Shown here piece by piece: positions 21,995 to 32,474 of a DNA stretch of 64,000 bases. The stretch lies in assembly GCA_029863245.1 (NCBI GenBank), contig JAOTVV010000003.1, forward strand, positions 82,591-146,590, written 5' to 3'. Below the pieces are notes generated by a model. The model was given only the letters and a program-made list of their open reading frames with translations. It did not search any database and had not been told where the DNA came from. The stretch is from Gemmatimonadota bacterium. Its GTDB lineage: Bacteria > Gemmatimonadota > Gemmatimonadetes > Gemmatimonadales > GWC2-71-9. Position numbers and translations under genes: made by a program. Within the stretch, counting starts at the first letter, position 1, and every line of letters starts with the position of its first letter.

Positions 21995-23994
21995 AGTCCG
22001 GGGCCACCTCGACGCGGCAGACGGCGGCGCGACGCGGAGCACCAATCGGGATGGCCGCGCTGCTGGTCGCCAGCGGTAGCGGAGCCGCGCTGGCGCAAGC
22101 ATCGGCGGACACGGTCCGGCTGAGCCCCGTCGTGGTGACGGCGAGTCGGATCCCGACACCCCGCGATGCGGAGCCGGCATCGGTCACCGTGCTCGACGGG
22201 CGTGAGCTGGAGACGCTCGGCGTTCGCTCGCTCGCCGAGGCGCTGCGTGACGTGGCGGGCGTCGATCTGGCACGGAACGGATCGTTCGGCGGGGCCACCA
22301 GCCTGTTTGTGCGGGGCGGCGAGAGCGACTATGTGAAAGTCCTGATCGACGGCGTGCCGCTCAACGACCCCGGTGGCGCCATCGATCTTGCCGACCTCGG
22401 TATCGACGCCGTCGAGCGGATCGAGATCGTGCGGGGACCCGCGAGCGTCCTCTACGGCTCGGATGCCGTCACCGGGGTGGTGCAGGTCTTCACGCGGCGA
22501 GGGGAGGGGCCGGCCAGGGTCGATCTCGGTCTGCGAGCCGGGTCGTATGCGTCCGTCGATGCTACAGGCGGCGTCCGTGGTCGCACCGGACCGTTCGGAT
22601 ACGCGATGACGGTTTCCCACGCGCGCACAGACGGGATCTACGACCTCAACAATGTCTTCACCAACTCGATCTGGACCGGACGCGTCTCCGCACGACCGGA
22701 TTCGCGCACCGACGTGACGCTGGGCGCGCGGTACGGGGGGAGCCGATACCACTTTCCCACCGAGTCGTCGGGACAGGCGAACGACATGAACGCGTTCCAG
22801 GACCGCGACCGGCTGACGGCCGCGCTGGAGATTGGCCACCGCTTCACACCCACGCTCGAGGGCCGCGTATCGGTGGCCTGGAGCCGGAGCGCAGACGGCA
22901 TCGACGACCGACCGGACGGTGCGGCCGACACGCTCGGCTTCTACGCGTTCGCAAACGATCGAACGGTCCGCCGCCGCAGCACCGACCTGCGGCTTACGGC
23001 TGTCCCGACGCCGTGGACGACGGTGACGGCAGGCGCATCGGTGGAATGGCAGGACGAACGGAGTGCGAGTGAGTCCTGGAGTGAATTCGGGGCGAGCAGC
23101 TCGGCGTTCGACGCCAACCGCGTGAGCGGCGGTGTTTACGCGCAAGTCCAAATGATGCCGGTGCGCGGAATCGCACTGGTGCTGGGCAGCCGAATTGACC
23201 GAAGTGACGTGTTCGGGACCTTCCTCTCCTACCGCGGCGGCGTGAGCTACCGGCTGGCGGGCGGGACGCGCGCGCGCGCAACGCTGGGGCGCGCGTTCAA
23301 GGAACCGACCTTCTTCGAGCAGTTCGCGGACGATCCGTTTGCCCGCGGCAATCCGGCGCTTCGCCCCGAGCGATCCCTATCCTGGGAGGTCGGCTTGGAG
23401 CAGGAGGCGCTGGGCGGGGCCGTCCTGGTCGGCGCGACGTATTTCGATCAACGATTCCTGGATCTCGTCCAGTACGTCTTCGCGCCCGATCCAGCGGAGC
23501 CCAGCTACGTGAACGTCGCGGCGGCGACAGCGCGCGGGCTCGAGCTGGAGGCCGAGCTCGATCTGCCGGGCGCCGGTACGCTCAGGGGATCCTATACCTA
23601 CCTGCTGACGCAGGTGACCGATGCGGGCGTAGAGTCGGGGTCCGGTGGGGCGTTCGTCGACGGAGCGCGGCTCCTCCGGCGACCCACACACTCGGCGCGA
23701 CTCACGATGATCGAGCGACTCAGCCCACGTGCCACCTTCTCGGGCACGCTGCGATTTGTCGGAGACCGGGACGACCGAGACTTCGCCTCGTTCCCCGCGG
23801 AGACCGTCACGATGGGAGCGTACGCCACGATCGATCTGTCGGCTGAGGCCGAGGTCTGGCGCAGCACGGGCAGTGAGCGCCGACTCGCGGTCACCGGCGC
23901 CGTCCGCGACCTGTTCGACCGGCACCCGGCAGAGGTCTTCGGGTTCCTGAGTCCCGGCCGGACGGTGATGGTTGGGGTCCGTGCAGGGTGGTAA
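21991..23994 (+). CDS. TonB-dependent receptor (BtuB-like)
   Basis: GTG 21991 in a GTGA overlap with the ATPase. Signal peptide, TonB-box-like DTVRLSPVVVTA, plug motifs (IEIVRGPASVLYGSDAVTGVVQVFT) and a C-terminal beta-barrel ending in an aromatic residue. Confidence 0.85.
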   Translation: MKSGATSTRQTAARRGAPIGMAALLVASGSGAALAQASADTVRLSPVVVTASRIPTPRDAEPASVTVLDGRELETLGVRSLAEALRDVAGVDLARNGSFGGATSLFVRGGESDYVKVLIDGVPLNDPGGAIDLADLGIDAVERIEIVRGPASVLYGSDAVTGVVQVFTRRGEGPARVDLGLRAGSYASVDATGGVRGRTGPFGYAMTVSHARTDGIYDLNNVFTNSIWTGRVSARPDSRTDVTLGARYGGSRYHFPTESSGQANDMNAFQDRDRLTAALEIGHRFTPTLEGRVSVAWSRSADGIDDRPDGAADTLGFYAFANDRTVRRRSTDLRLTAVPTPWTTVTAGASVEWQDERSASESWSEFGASSSAFDANRVSGGVYAQVQMMPVRGIALVLGSRIDRSDVFGTFLSYRGGVSYRLAGGTRARATLGRAFKEPTFFEQFADDPFARGNPALRPERSLSWEVGLEQEALGGAVLVGATYFDQRFLDLVQYVFAPDPAEPSYVNVAAATARGLELEAELDLPGAGTLRGSYTYLLTQVTDAGVESGSGGAFVDGARLLRRPTHSARLTMIERLSPRATFSGTLRFVGDRDDRDFASFPAETVTMGAYATIDLSAEAEVWRSTGSERRLAVTGAVRDLFDRHPAEVFGFLSPGRTVMVGVRAGW

Positions 23995-24041
23995 CCGGCC
24001 TGTCGGCGCGGCGCACGCCCATACCGTCTAGCTTTCTCTCT

Positions 24042-24791
24042 ATGCCGCCGGTACACACCCGGGCCCTGATTCTGCACGCCTTTCCCTACGGGGAGACCTC
24101 CAAGATCGTGCGGCTGCTCACGCGGGAGCACGGATCGCAGAGCGCGATCGCGAAGGGGGCGCAGCGGCCCAAGAGCCCATTCGGGGCGCGACTGCAGGTG
24201 CTGAGCGAGGGCACGGCCCACGTGTACATCAAACCCCATCGCGATCTGCACACTCTTGCCGACTTCGACGTGACGAGACAGCACGAGGAGTTGACGCGAG
24301 ACCTCAGGCGGTTCGCGGCCGCCACGGCGCTGGCTGAACTCCTGATCCGGCTATGTCCTGCGGAGCCGCACCCGGAGATTTACGATCTCACCGTTTCGTC
24401 GCTTGCACAGCTGGAGACCGTTCCCGGCGAGGCGCTCGACCTGGCGAGCCTCTCGGTCTTGTGGGCCGCAGTCGAAGCGCTGGGGTTCGCCCCGCAGCGG
24501 GACGCCTGTGCGCGGGACGGACGGGCGCTCCCGGCCGGAGCGACGGTGTTCTCGGTGGCCGATGGCGGGTTCCTTTGTTCGCGCTGCGCGCGCGGCACCC
24601 GGAGCGCGCGACTCGGCGCCGACGACCGCCGCGTGCTGGAACGTTTGATCGCTGGCGAAGTCTCCGACATCGCGCTGCTCGATGCGAAGCACGCCGCCGC
24701 GCACCGACGGCTCCTGGTACGGTTCGTGGAACGGCATTTGGCGGAAGATCGGGAGCTCAAGGCCCTGGCCATGTGGCGAGAGCTGGCATGA
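24042..24791 (+). CDS. recO: DNA repair protein RecO
   Basis: ATG 24042 (MPPVHTRALILHAFPYGETSKIVRLLTREHG), an OB-fold N-terminus, plus a Cys-containing zinc region (FLCSRCA). Confidence 0.85.
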   Translation: MPPVHTRALILHAFPYGETSKIVRLLTREHGSQSAIAKGAQRPKSPFGARLQVLSEGTAHVYIKPHRDLHTLADFDVTRQHEELTRDLRRFAAATALAELLIRLCPAEPHPEIYDLTVSSLAQLETVPGEALDLASLSVLWAAVEALGFAPQRDACARDGRALPAGATVFSVADGGFLCSRCARGTRSARLGADDRRVLERLIAGEVSDIALLDAKHAAAHRRLLVRFVERHLAEDRELKALAMWRELA

Positions 24792-26677
24792 CGCGACACG
24801 TCGTCATCGGCACAGCCGGACACGTCGACCACGGGAAAACGGCGCTCGTGAAGGCCCTCACCGGCATCGATACCGACCGCTGGGAAGAGGAAAAGCGTCG
24901 CGGCATCACCATCGACCTCGGGTTCGCCCACCTCGACCTCCCCGATGGTCTCCACGCGAGCATCGTGGACGTTCCGGGCCACGAGGACTTCGTTCGCAAC
25001 ATGGTGGCGGGAGCCACCGGGATCGACGTGGCCCTGATGGTGGTGGCGGCGGACGAGGGCGTGATGCCCCAGACCGCGGAGCACCTCGCGATCCTCGAGT
25101 TCCTGGGTGTGCGGAGCGGGGTCGTGGCGATCACCAAGGCCGATCTCGCAGAGGACGAATGGCTGGATCTCGTGGAGAGCGACATCGCATCCCGGCTCGA
25201 GGGCTCCGCAGTGGAGTGGGAAACGCCGGTACGCTGCTCGGCGTTCACGGGGCAGGGCCTCGACCGACTCACCGACGCGCTCGCACGCGCCGCGAGCCGC
25301 GCCGCCGACCGGTCCACTGATGACCTGTTCCGCATGCCCATCGACCGCGTCTTCAGTGTTGCCGGGGCCGGTACCGTCGTCACCGGTACCACGTGGAGCG
25401 GGACGGTGGCGGTCGGCCAGGACGTTCGGATTCTGCCGGGAACCGCAACGGCGCGGGTGCGGTCGGTCGAGGTCCATGGGACCGCGCGGCCTGCTGCGGA
25501 GCCCGGACGGCGCACGGCGCTCGCCCTTCCCGGCCTGGAACGGTCGGCGATTGCCAGAGGCTACGTGGCAGTCGCCGATCCCGCGTGGCGAACGACGACC
25601 GCCCTCGATGTCACCCTGCGTTTGCTCCCCGAGGCCAAGCCGCTGACGCAGCGGACACGGGTGCGGCTCCACCTTGGCACGGCGGAGGTGCTCGCCCGCG
25701 TCACACCGGAAGCCGGCGACATCGCACCTGGGAGCACGGGGTCGGCGCGGTTGCGTCTGGAGGCGCCCGTGGTGGCACGGTGGGGCGATCGGGGCGTGCT
25801 GCGCTCATATTCGCCCATGCGCACGATCGGTGGATGTGTGGTGGCCGACCCCATGCCAGCACTCCGTCCGCGACGTCCTCGGCAGCTGGAGCGACGGCTC
25901 GATCCCGATCCGACGGCGCGACTCAGCGCGCTGGTCGAGTCGGCCGGCGACGACGGTGTACCGCAGGCAGATCTACCGGTTCGGATCGGCCTCCATCCGG
26001 CATCGGTGGAACGCGTCATCGACGCGGCCGGCGACGGATTGCTCCCGGTGGGCGACCGGCTGGTCCGCCGCCAGGTGGTGGCCGACGCGGAGGCCTCCAC
26101 GCTCGCGGCCCTCAAAGGGCACCATCGCCAGCGTCCCCTCGATCCCGGGATGCCCCGGGAGCTCCTCCGGGCCATACAGCGTTCACCCGCCTTGGCCGAC
26201 CTGGTTCTCGAGCGGCTGGCCGACCGCGGGGCGATCGTCTTGGACGGCGGATCGGTCCGACTCGCAGGATTCACTCCGACTCTTTCTGGGGAGGCGGAAG
26301 CGTTCACATCGCTGCTTCGCACGGCGCTCGAGCAGGCGGGCCCGCAGGGCCTGACCGAGCAGGAAATGGCGACGATCGTACCCCCCGATCGGGCTCGGGA
26401 TCTGGCAGAGTACCTTGTGCGGCAGCGCACAGCCGGGCGGATCGGCCGGGACCGATATTACGATCGGCGTGCGATCGAGCGGCTGAGGACCGACGTGGTC
26501 GCAGCGATCCGAGAATCTGGTCGAGCAACGCCGGCTGAACTGCGTGATAGGACAGGACTTACGCGGAAGTACCTGATTCCGGTTCTTGAATGGCTCGACG
26601 GGCTCGGTGTGACCGTCCGGGATGGAGATGCACGACGTCTCGGACCCGCGGCCGACCAGGCGGCAACCGACTCTTGA
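24788..26677 (+). CDS. selB: selenocysteine-specific translation elongation factor
   Basis: ATG 24788 in an ATGA overlap with recO. GTPase motifs AGHVDHGKT, DVPGHEDF and TKAD. The long C-terminal winged-helix extension ends in TRKYLIPVLEWLDGLGVTVRDGDARRL, as in SelB mRNA-binding domains. Confidence 0.9.
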   Translation: MTRHVVIGTAGHVDHGKTALVKALTGIDTDRWEEEKRRGITIDLGFAHLDLPDGLHASIVDVPGHEDFVRNMVAGATGIDVALMVVAADEGVMPQTAEHLAILEFLGVRSGVVAITKADLAEDEWLDLVESDIASRLEGSAVEWETPVRCSAFTGQGLDRLTDALARAASRAADRSTDDLFRMPIDRVFSVAGAGTVVTGTTWSGTVAVGQDVRILPGTATARVRSVEVHGTARPAAEPGRRTALALPGLERSAIARGYVAVADPAWRTTTALDVTLRLLPEAKPLTQRTRVRLHLGTAEVLARVTPEAGDIAPGSTGSARLRLEAPVVARWGDRGVLRSYSPMRTIGGCVVADPMPALRPRRPRQLERRLDPDPTARLSALVESAGDDGVPQADLPVRIGLHPASVERVIDAAGDGLLPVGDRLVRRQVVADAEASTLAALKGHHRQRPLDPGMPRELLRAIQRSPALADLVLERLADRGAIVLDGGSVRLAGFTPTLSGEAEAFTSLLRTALEQAGPQGLTEQEMATIVPPDRARDLAEYLVRQRTAGRIGRDRYYDRRAIERLRTDVVAAIRESGRATPAELRDRTGLTRKYLIPVLEWLDGLGVTVRDGDARRLGPAADQAATDS

Positions 26678-26780
26678 CACACCTTGCGGTTGCGACCTAA
26701 CTTCTCAAACGTCGGAGAGATACGCACTCAAGCCAAAGGGGTAGCAAGCCACGAACATTTCCGTTAGATAGGAGCTGGTG

Positions 26781-27206
26781 ATGAAAAGTCTAGCCTGGGC
26801 GGCCGTAGCGCTCGGGCTCCTGACAGCTGCTCCGGCGGTCGCCCAGGCACAACAGGGCACGCCCACACCGCAGGTCCAGCTACACAGGAACTACCCGAAT
26901 CCGTTCAATCCGGAGACGACGATTCCGTTCACCCTGGACCAGGGTCTCTGGGCAGGTGGACAGCAGCCCGTCGTAACCCTCCGGATCTACAACATCCTCG
27001 CCCAGCTCGTCGCGATTCCCATGTTGCAGGGATCCGGAGAGCTGCTGGACAACGTGGCACTCCAGTGGAATGGGACCGGTGAGTACGCAGCGTACTGGGA
27101 CGGGACGGTGCAGGGGACGAACCGCGAAGCGGCTTCAGGAGTCTACGTGTATCAACTCGTGGTGAACGGCAAGTCGTTCACGAAGAAGATGACCGTCGTC
27201 AAGTAG
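26781..27206 (+). CDS. small secreted protein consisting of a signal peptide plus a T9SS-type/FlgD-Ig-like C-terminal sorting domain
   Basis: ATG 26781 is preceded by AGGAG. The signal peptide ends in AVAQAQQ. HRNYPNPFNPETTIPFTL ... GVYVYQLVVNGKSFTKKMTVVK matches the Por-secretion-tail pattern. There is no cargo domain. Confidence 0.7.
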   Translation: MKSLAWAAVALGLLTAAPAVAQAQQGTPTPQVQLHRNYPNPFNPETTIPFTLDQGLWAGGQQPVVTLRIYNILAQLVAIPMLQGSGELLDNVALQWNGTGEYAAYWDGTVQGTNREAASGVYVYQLVVNGKSFTKKMTVVK

Positions 27207-27248
27207 GGAGAACAGCACGAGGCACCGACATTTCTGTCAGGATTTCAG

Positions 27249-27277
27249 GACGCGCCGGCTCCAGTGGCTGGCGCGTC
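27249..27277 (+). terminator. candidate intrinsic terminator hairpin
   Basis: GACGCGCC (27249-27256) pairs with GGCGCGTC (27270-27277). It is followed by TGTCTTTGTGG, about 40 nt after the stop of the upstream gene. Confidence 0.45.
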
Positions 27278-27386
27278 TGTCTTTGTGGCGCATCGCTGCC
27301 AGGTTTGCGTAATTCCCAGGGCACGCTGCTTGCCGCCTGAGTGACGGGAATCAAGTGCGTCTCGTAAGCGAGGTTGGTTTTCGAAG

Positions 27387-30020
27387 ATGATTCGCCCCGA
27401 CCGTCTGACCGTAAAGGCCGGTGAAGCGGTCCAGAGCGCGGTGGCACTGGCCACCTCGCGTGGTAACCCCGTCGTGAACGATGCCCATCTGTTTCTCGCC
27501 CTGCTCCAGCAGGACGAGGGGATCGTCGTGCCTGTTCTGCAGAAGACCGGCGTCAACGTCACCGAGCTGCGCACCGAGGCGGAGCGTGAGTTGGATCGGC
27601 TCCCTCGGCAGGAGGGCGGGGCCACCCCCACGCCGTCCCGCGAGCTGAACGCAGCGCTCGACCGGGCAGACCGCGTCGCCAAAGACCTCGACGATGCCTA
27701 TGTCTCGACCGAGCATCTCTTGATCGGCCTGGTCGAAGCCAAAGGCACCTCGGCCAGGGAGCTGCTCAACGCCAGGGGCGTCAACAAGGCGCAACTCCTT
27801 GAGGCGCTCGAGGGCGTGCGCGGCAGTCACCGCGTGACCGATGTGGATCCGGAGCAGAAATATCAGGCGCTGGAGCGGTTCACGAGGGATCTCACCGAGC
27901 TGGCACGGGAAGGCAAGCTCGATCCGGTGATCGGTCGGGATGACGAGATCCGGCGGGTGATGCAGGTGCTCTCGCGCCGGACCAAGAACAATCCGGTGTT
28001 GATAGGTGAGGCCGGCGTCGGAAAGACGGCCATCGTCGAGGGACTCGCGCAGCGGATCGTAGACGGTGACGTGCCGGAATCGCTGCGCGGCAAGCGGATC
28101 ATCGTGCTCGACATCGGTCAGTTGCTGGCCGGCGCCAAGTATCGCGGCGAGTTCGAGGAACGCCTCAAGGCGGTGCTCAAGGAGGTCACGAGCCAGGAAG
28201 GGCAGTTCGTCGTCTTCATCGACGAGCTGCATACGTTGGTGGGGGCCGGCGCAGCCGAGGGAGCGGTAGATGCGTCGAACATGCTGAAGCCGGCTCTGGC
28301 GCGTGGCGAGCTGCACGTGGTCGGCGCCACGACCTTGGACGAGTACCGCAAGCACGTCGAAAAGGACAAGGCCCTGGAGCGTCGGTTCCAGCCTGTCTAC
28401 GTAGGCGAGCCATCGGTGGAGCACACGATCGCCATTCTGCGGGGACTCAAGGAACGCTACGAGGTGCACCACGGCGTGCGCATCACCGACGCCGCGTTGG
28501 TGGCCGCGGCCACTCTGTCGGACCGCTACCTGGGTGAGCGGCACCTCCCGGACAAGGCGATCGATCTGGTCGACGAGGCCGCGAGTCGGCTCCGGATGGA
28601 AATCGACAGCCTGCCCCAGGAGATCGACGAGGTCGAGCGGCGCAAAATCCAGCTACAGATCGAAGAACAGGCGCTGACCCGTGAAAAGGACCGGGCCAGC
28701 AGGGACCGGCTCGCGGTGCTCCGCAAGGAGCTTTCGGAGCTCGAGGAGCGCGCCCAAGGGATGAAGGCGCAGTGGCAGGCTGAGAAGGACGCGATCACCA
28801 AGCTGCGAGAAAAGAAAGCCGAACTCGAGGAATCGCGACTCGAGGCGGAGCAGGTCACCCGGAGCGGCGACCTGCAGCGCGCCGCGGAAATCCGCTATGG
28901 GCGCGTGCCGCAGCTCGAGGCCGACATCGAGCTGGAGAAATCGCGCCTCGCCGAGATCCAGACGAAGGCCAAGTACCTAAAGGAGGAGGTCGACGCCGAA
29001 GACGTCGCCCAGATCGTGGCACGATGGACCGGTATTCCGGTGACCCGGATGCTCGAGTCGGAGCGGGCGCGGCTCACGAAGCTCGAGGCGGAGTTGCATC
29101 GCCGCGTGGTGGGGCAGGACGAGGCGGTCGCTGCGGTCGCCAACGCCGTGCGCCGGGCACGGGCGGGCCTTCAGGACCCGAACCGTCCCGTCGGGAGCTT
29201 CATCTTCCTGGGTCCCACCGGCGTGGGTAAGACCGAGACGGCGCGAGCGCTGGCCGAGTTCCTGTTCGACGACGAGCGGGCGCTGGTGCGCCTCGACATG
29301 TCGGAGTACGGGGAAAAGCATTCGGTGGCCCGCATGCTCGGCGCACCGCCGGGCTACGTCGGCTACGAGGAGGGGGGCCAGCTCACCGAAGCAGTCCGTC
29401 GCCGTCCTTATTCGGTCGTGTTGTTCGACGAGATCGAAAAGGCACATGCCGAGGTATTCGACGTGCTGCTCCAGATCCTCGACGATGGACGGCTCACCGA
29501 CGGGCAAGGGCGTACCGTCGATTTCAGGAACGCGGTGCTGATCATGACATCCAACCTCGGCGGGCAGTGGATCATCGAGCTGGGACGAGACCACTGGGAC
29601 GATGCCGAGCGTCGCGTGATGGAGACGTTGCGGCAGCAGTTCAAGCCGGAGTTCCTGAACCGGGTGGACGACGTCATCGTGTTCCGGCCGCTGGAGCGTG
29701 CGGATCTGCTTCGGATCTTCGATCTGCAGTTGGAGCGGGTCGCCACGCTCGCCGCCGATCGCGGGCTCACGCTCGACGTTTCGGACCGGGCGAAGAACAT
29801 ACTGGTGGAGGAGGGCTACGATCCGCTTTACGGGGCCCGGCCACTCAAGCGGGTGATCCAGCGGCGACTCCAGAACCCGCTCGCGCTCGCATTGCTCGAG
29901 GGCGGATACGCCGAGGGGGACACGGTACGGGTGGACGTCGCGGTGAATGGCGAGCTCGCATTCGAGCGGGTAGCGCCCACCGCGCCCATCCCGTCGGTAT
30001 CCGCGCGTGCCCGCGCCTAG
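27387..30020 (+). CDS. clpB: ATP-dependent chaperone ClpB
   Basis: 877 aa. Two AAA+ modules (GEAGVGKTA and GPTGVGKTE), a long coiled-coil middle domain and a Clp N-domain. Confidence 0.95.
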   Translation: MIRPDRLTVKAGEAVQSAVALATSRGNPVVNDAHLFLALLQQDEGIVVPVLQKTGVNVTELRTEAERELDRLPRQEGGATPTPSRELNAALDRADRVAKDLDDAYVSTEHLLIGLVEAKGTSARELLNARGVNKAQLLEALEGVRGSHRVTDVDPEQKYQALERFTRDLTELAREGKLDPVIGRDDEIRRVMQVLSRRTKNNPVLIGEAGVGKTAIVEGLAQRIVDGDVPESLRGKRIIVLDIGQLLAGAKYRGEFEERLKAVLKEVTSQEGQFVVFIDELHTLVGAGAAEGAVDASNMLKPALARGELHVVGATTLDEYRKHVEKDKALERRFQPVYVGEPSVEHTIAILRGLKERYEVHHGVRITDAALVAAATLSDRYLGERHLPDKAIDLVDEAASRLRMEIDSLPQEIDEVERRKIQLQIEEQALTREKDRASRDRLAVLRKELSELEERAQGMKAQWQAEKDAITKLREKKAELEESRLEAEQVTRSGDLQRAAEIRYGRVPQLEADIELEKSRLAEIQTKAKYLKEEVDAEDVAQIVARWTGIPVTRMLESERARLTKLEAELHRRVVGQDEAVAAVANAVRRARAGLQDPNRPVGSFIFLGPTGVGKTETARALAEFLFDDERALVRLDMSEYGEKHSVARMLGAPPGYVGYEEGGQLTEAVRRRPYSVVLFDEIEKAHAEVFDVLLQILDDGRLTDGQGRTVDFRNAVLIMTSNLGGQWIIELGRDHWDDAERRVMETLRQQFKPEFLNRVDDVIVFRPLERADLLRIFDLQLERVATLAADRGLTLDVSDRAKNILVEEGYDPLYGARPLKRVIQRRLQNPLALALLEGGYAEGDTVRVDVAVNGELAFERVAPTAPIPSVSARARA

Positions 30021-30483
30021 GCGGGGCGTCCTGAACGACGGAGACCGCGTTGGGATGGAGGCGGCGTTGGCGGAGGCCCGTCGTGCCCACGACAGCGGTG
30101 AGGTCCCGGTCGGTGCCGCCGTCGCGGTGGGTGGGCAGGTGGTGAGTCACGCGCACAACGAGACGGTGGCGCGACGCGACCTGACGCAGCACGCCGAACT
30201 GCTGGTGATCCAGCGGGCGATGGCGGTCTTGGCCAGCGACCGGCTGGACGACGCGACGCTCTATGTCACGCTCGAACCCTGCGCGCAGTGCGCTGGCGCC
30301 ATCGTCCTCGCGCGCGTGGGCCGCGTTGTGTTCGGTGCCTACGATCCGAAGGCAGGCATGGCTGGAAGCGTAGGCGATCTCCTTCGCCACCCCAAACTCA
30401 ACCGTCGTCCAGAAGTGATGGGCGGTGTCATGGAGACCGCTTGCGGTGAGCTGCTGCGCGAGTTCTTCGAGGCCCGCCGGTGA
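30007..30483 (+). CDS. tadA: tRNA adenosine(34) deaminase
   Basis: CDA motifs HAELLVI and [15 protein letters not shown] 30007 overlaps the clpB end. ATG 30055 is an alternative start. Confidence 0.85.
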   Translation: MPAPRRGVLNDGDRVGMEAALAEARRAHDSGEVPVGAAVAVGGQVVSHAHNETVARRDLTQHAELLVIQRAMAVLASDRLDDATLYVTLEPCAQCAGAIVLARVGRVVFGAYDPKAGMAGSVGDLLRHPKLNRRPEVMGGVMETACGELLREFFEARR

Positions 30484-31259
30484 ACCGGTCGCGTCGGGTC
30501 GTCGCGGTGACGCGACCACCCACCGAAGCGCTGGCACGCTGCGAGCTGACCCATCTCGACCGACAGCCCATCGACATCGCGCTGGCACTCGCACAACACC
30601 GAGCGTACGAGGCGTGTCTGGCACGCCTCGGTGCGGAGGTGATGTCGCTCCCGCCGGAGCCCGACCTGCCTGACGCCGTGTTCGTCGAGGACGTCGCGGT
30701 GGTGCTGGATCGGGTGGCAATCATCACCCGTCCCGGCGCTCCGTCACGACGAAGAGAGCGTGCGTCCACCGCGGCGGCGCTGAAAGCGTTTCGCTCCGTC
30801 CAGCACGTCGCAGCCCCCGCGATGCTCGACGGGGGAGACGTGCTCTGTGTGGGCAAGGTCCTGTATGTCGGAAGATCGACACGTACCGATGCGGCCGGCA
30901 TCGCGGAGCTCGAGCGGATCGCGGCACCGTTCGGATACGTGGTGCGGCCAGTCGCCGTCACGGGGTGTCTCCACCTGAAATCGGCATGTTCATATGTGGG
31001 TGATGGGATGCTGCTCGTGAACCGGAACTGGATCGATGCAGCAGCCGTTCAGGAAGAACAACTCGTCGACGTCCCGCCAGGGGAGCCGCACGCGGCCAAT
31101 ACGCTGATGGTGGGTGACACGGTGGTCGCTGCCGTTGGCTTCCCCCGGACTGTAGCGCTCTTGGAGCGGCTCGGCCGCACGGTGGAGACCGTCGAGTTGT
31201 CTGAGCTTCGCAAGGCGGAAGCCGGCGGGAGCTGCATGAGCGTCATATTCGAGGTGTGA
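30480..31259 (+). CDS. dimethylarginine dimethylaminohydrolase-like amidinotransferase (DDAH/arginine deiminase superfamily)
   Basis: GTG 30480 in a GTGA overlap with tadA. 259 aa ending in AEAGGSCMSVIFEV, the catalytic-Cys context of DDAH-type enzymes. Confidence 0.75.
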   Translation: MNRSRRVVAVTRPPTEALARCELTHLDRQPIDIALALAQHRAYEACLARLGAEVMSLPPEPDLPDAVFVEDVAVVLDRVAIITRPGAPSRRRERASTAAALKAFRSVQHVAAPAMLDGGDVLCVGKVLYVGRSTRTDAAGIAELERIAAPFGYVVRPVAVTGCLHLKSACSYVGDGMLLVNRNWIDAAAVQEEQLVDVPPGEPHAANTLMVGDTVVAAVGFPRTVALLERLGRTVETVELSELRKAEAGGSCMSVIFEV

Positions 31260-31275
31260 AGAAGAAGCAGGTGGA

Positions 31276-31314
31276 GAGCCGGGGACGCGCACGACGACGG
31301 CGGGTCCCCGGCTC
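31276..31314. terminator. bidirectional hairpin between convergent genes
   Basis: GAGCCGGGGAC (31276-31286) pairs perfectly with GTCCCCGGCTC (31304-31314), with a 17-nt loop. It lies between the + strand gene ending at 31259 and the - strand gene ending at 31327. Confidence 0.55.
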
Positions 31315-31326
31315 GGTGGAGTAGTC

Positions 31327-32019
31327 CTACTGCACGAACTCCGGCTTGACGGTCAGGATCACGGTCCCACCGCCGCTGGCCAGCTGTGCGTTTCCAACCA
31401 CGATCGTCTGACCGGCCCGCGCGTTGACCGTCGTCTCCAGGGTACCCCGATAGGGACTGCGGATCCCCACGCGCAGCTCGACGCTGCCCGAGTCACCGAA
31501 CGCCCGTACGGTCCCGATGTTGGCGGTGATCATCCACGAGTTGCCGTCGGGCGTCGTTATGTCGCCGACCGCCTGCTCGATGTGGCTTCCCTCGGTTCCG
31601 CCGACCACGGCGTCATTGAGTAATCGATACCGCTGGTACTTGAACAGCTTCCGCAACTCGGCTTCGACGTCGGCGATGGCCGGGTCGAACTGTTCCGCGG
31701 GGCCTCGGTCGCTGGCTTCGATGATCTGGAAGTGCAGCCGCACGCCCGGCTTCGGGCGGTCGAACTCGGTCAGCACGCGAGAGATCTTGTCGAGGTTGTC
31801 TTTCGTCTCACGCACGGTGAGGGTGTTCCCCGCATGACCCATCCGGCCCGGCGCCCCCTCCCGGTCGTGGTACACGTACGGGTCGATCAGCTGGGCCGCT
31901 TCCTGCGCGTCGAGGTGTTGGAGTTGAAAGGTCTGCGTGTCCAGCCGATCCAACGCCGAGCCGCCGCATGCCGCGAGGGATGCGAGCAGTAGGACACTCA
32001 GGATCTGGAATGTGCGCAT
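31327..32019 (-). CDS. lipoprotein with secretin-N/NolW-like short domain
   Basis: ATG 32019 is preceded by GAGGAG. Lipobox LLASLAAC. TFQLQHLDAQEAAQLIDPYV...NTLTVRETKDNLDKISRVLTEFDRPKPGVRLHFQIIEAS resembles the NolW-like/secretin N-domain repeat. Confidence 0.6.
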   Translation of the reverse strand: MRTFQILSVLLLASLAACGGSALDRLDTQTFQLQHLDAQEAAQLIDPYVYHDREGAPGRMGHAGNTLTVRETKDNLDKISRVLTEFDRPKPGVRLHFQIIEASDRGPAEQFDPAIADVEAELRKLFKYQRYRLLNDAVVGGTEGSHIEQAVGDITTPDGNSWMITANIGTVRAFGDSGSVELRVGIRSPYRGTLETTVNARAGQTIVVGNAQLASGGGTVILTVKPEFVQ

Positions 32020-32033
32020 GATGTCTCCTCGAT

Positions 32034-32474
32034 CTAGAAGAACCACACCACCACGATATCCGGGTTGTTTGTGTTGAAGACTGCGACATCGACTCCCGCA
32101 GGCTGTTCCACGAGGGGGCTAGCGACCCGTGCCGCTCGCACCGGTGGATCGATCTCGGGGCCGACGTTCGCCGTGTCCGACGTGAGCAGCAGGGTGGCAA
32201 GTCCTGCCGCAGCGAGGGCCGGCGCGGCGACCAGCCAGCGGCGGCGGCGGCGCTGCAGCTTTGGCGCGCGCTCCGGCGCCCTCGCTGGCGGGTGGGACGG
32301 CACGCTCGCGTTCATCGCCTGCCGGAGCGCGTCCGTGTGCGTGAGGATCGCCACGGCTGCCGCGCCGCAGCGGGAACAACTTCGGATGTGCTGCGACAGC
32401 TCGGTCGACCCGCGTCCGGTGAGTTCGGCCGGGGCGGCGGTCAGCAACTGCTGGTAGGCATCCGTGCACTTCAT
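32034..32474 (-). CDS. anti-sigma factor (zf-HC2 type), single-pass membrane protein
   Basis: ATG 32474 in an ATGA overlap with the sigma gene. The H-x3-C-x2-C motif (HIRSCSRC) is followed by an RRRRRW-anchored TM helix. The track ORF is over-extended. Confidence 0.65.
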   Translation of the reverse strand: MKCTDAYQQLLTAAPAELTGRGSTELSQHIRSCSRCGAAAVAILTHTDALRQAMNASVPSHPPARAPERAPKLQRRRRRWLVAAPALAAAGLATLLLTSDTANVGPEIDPPVRAARVASPLVEQPAGVDVAVFNTNNPDIVVVWFF

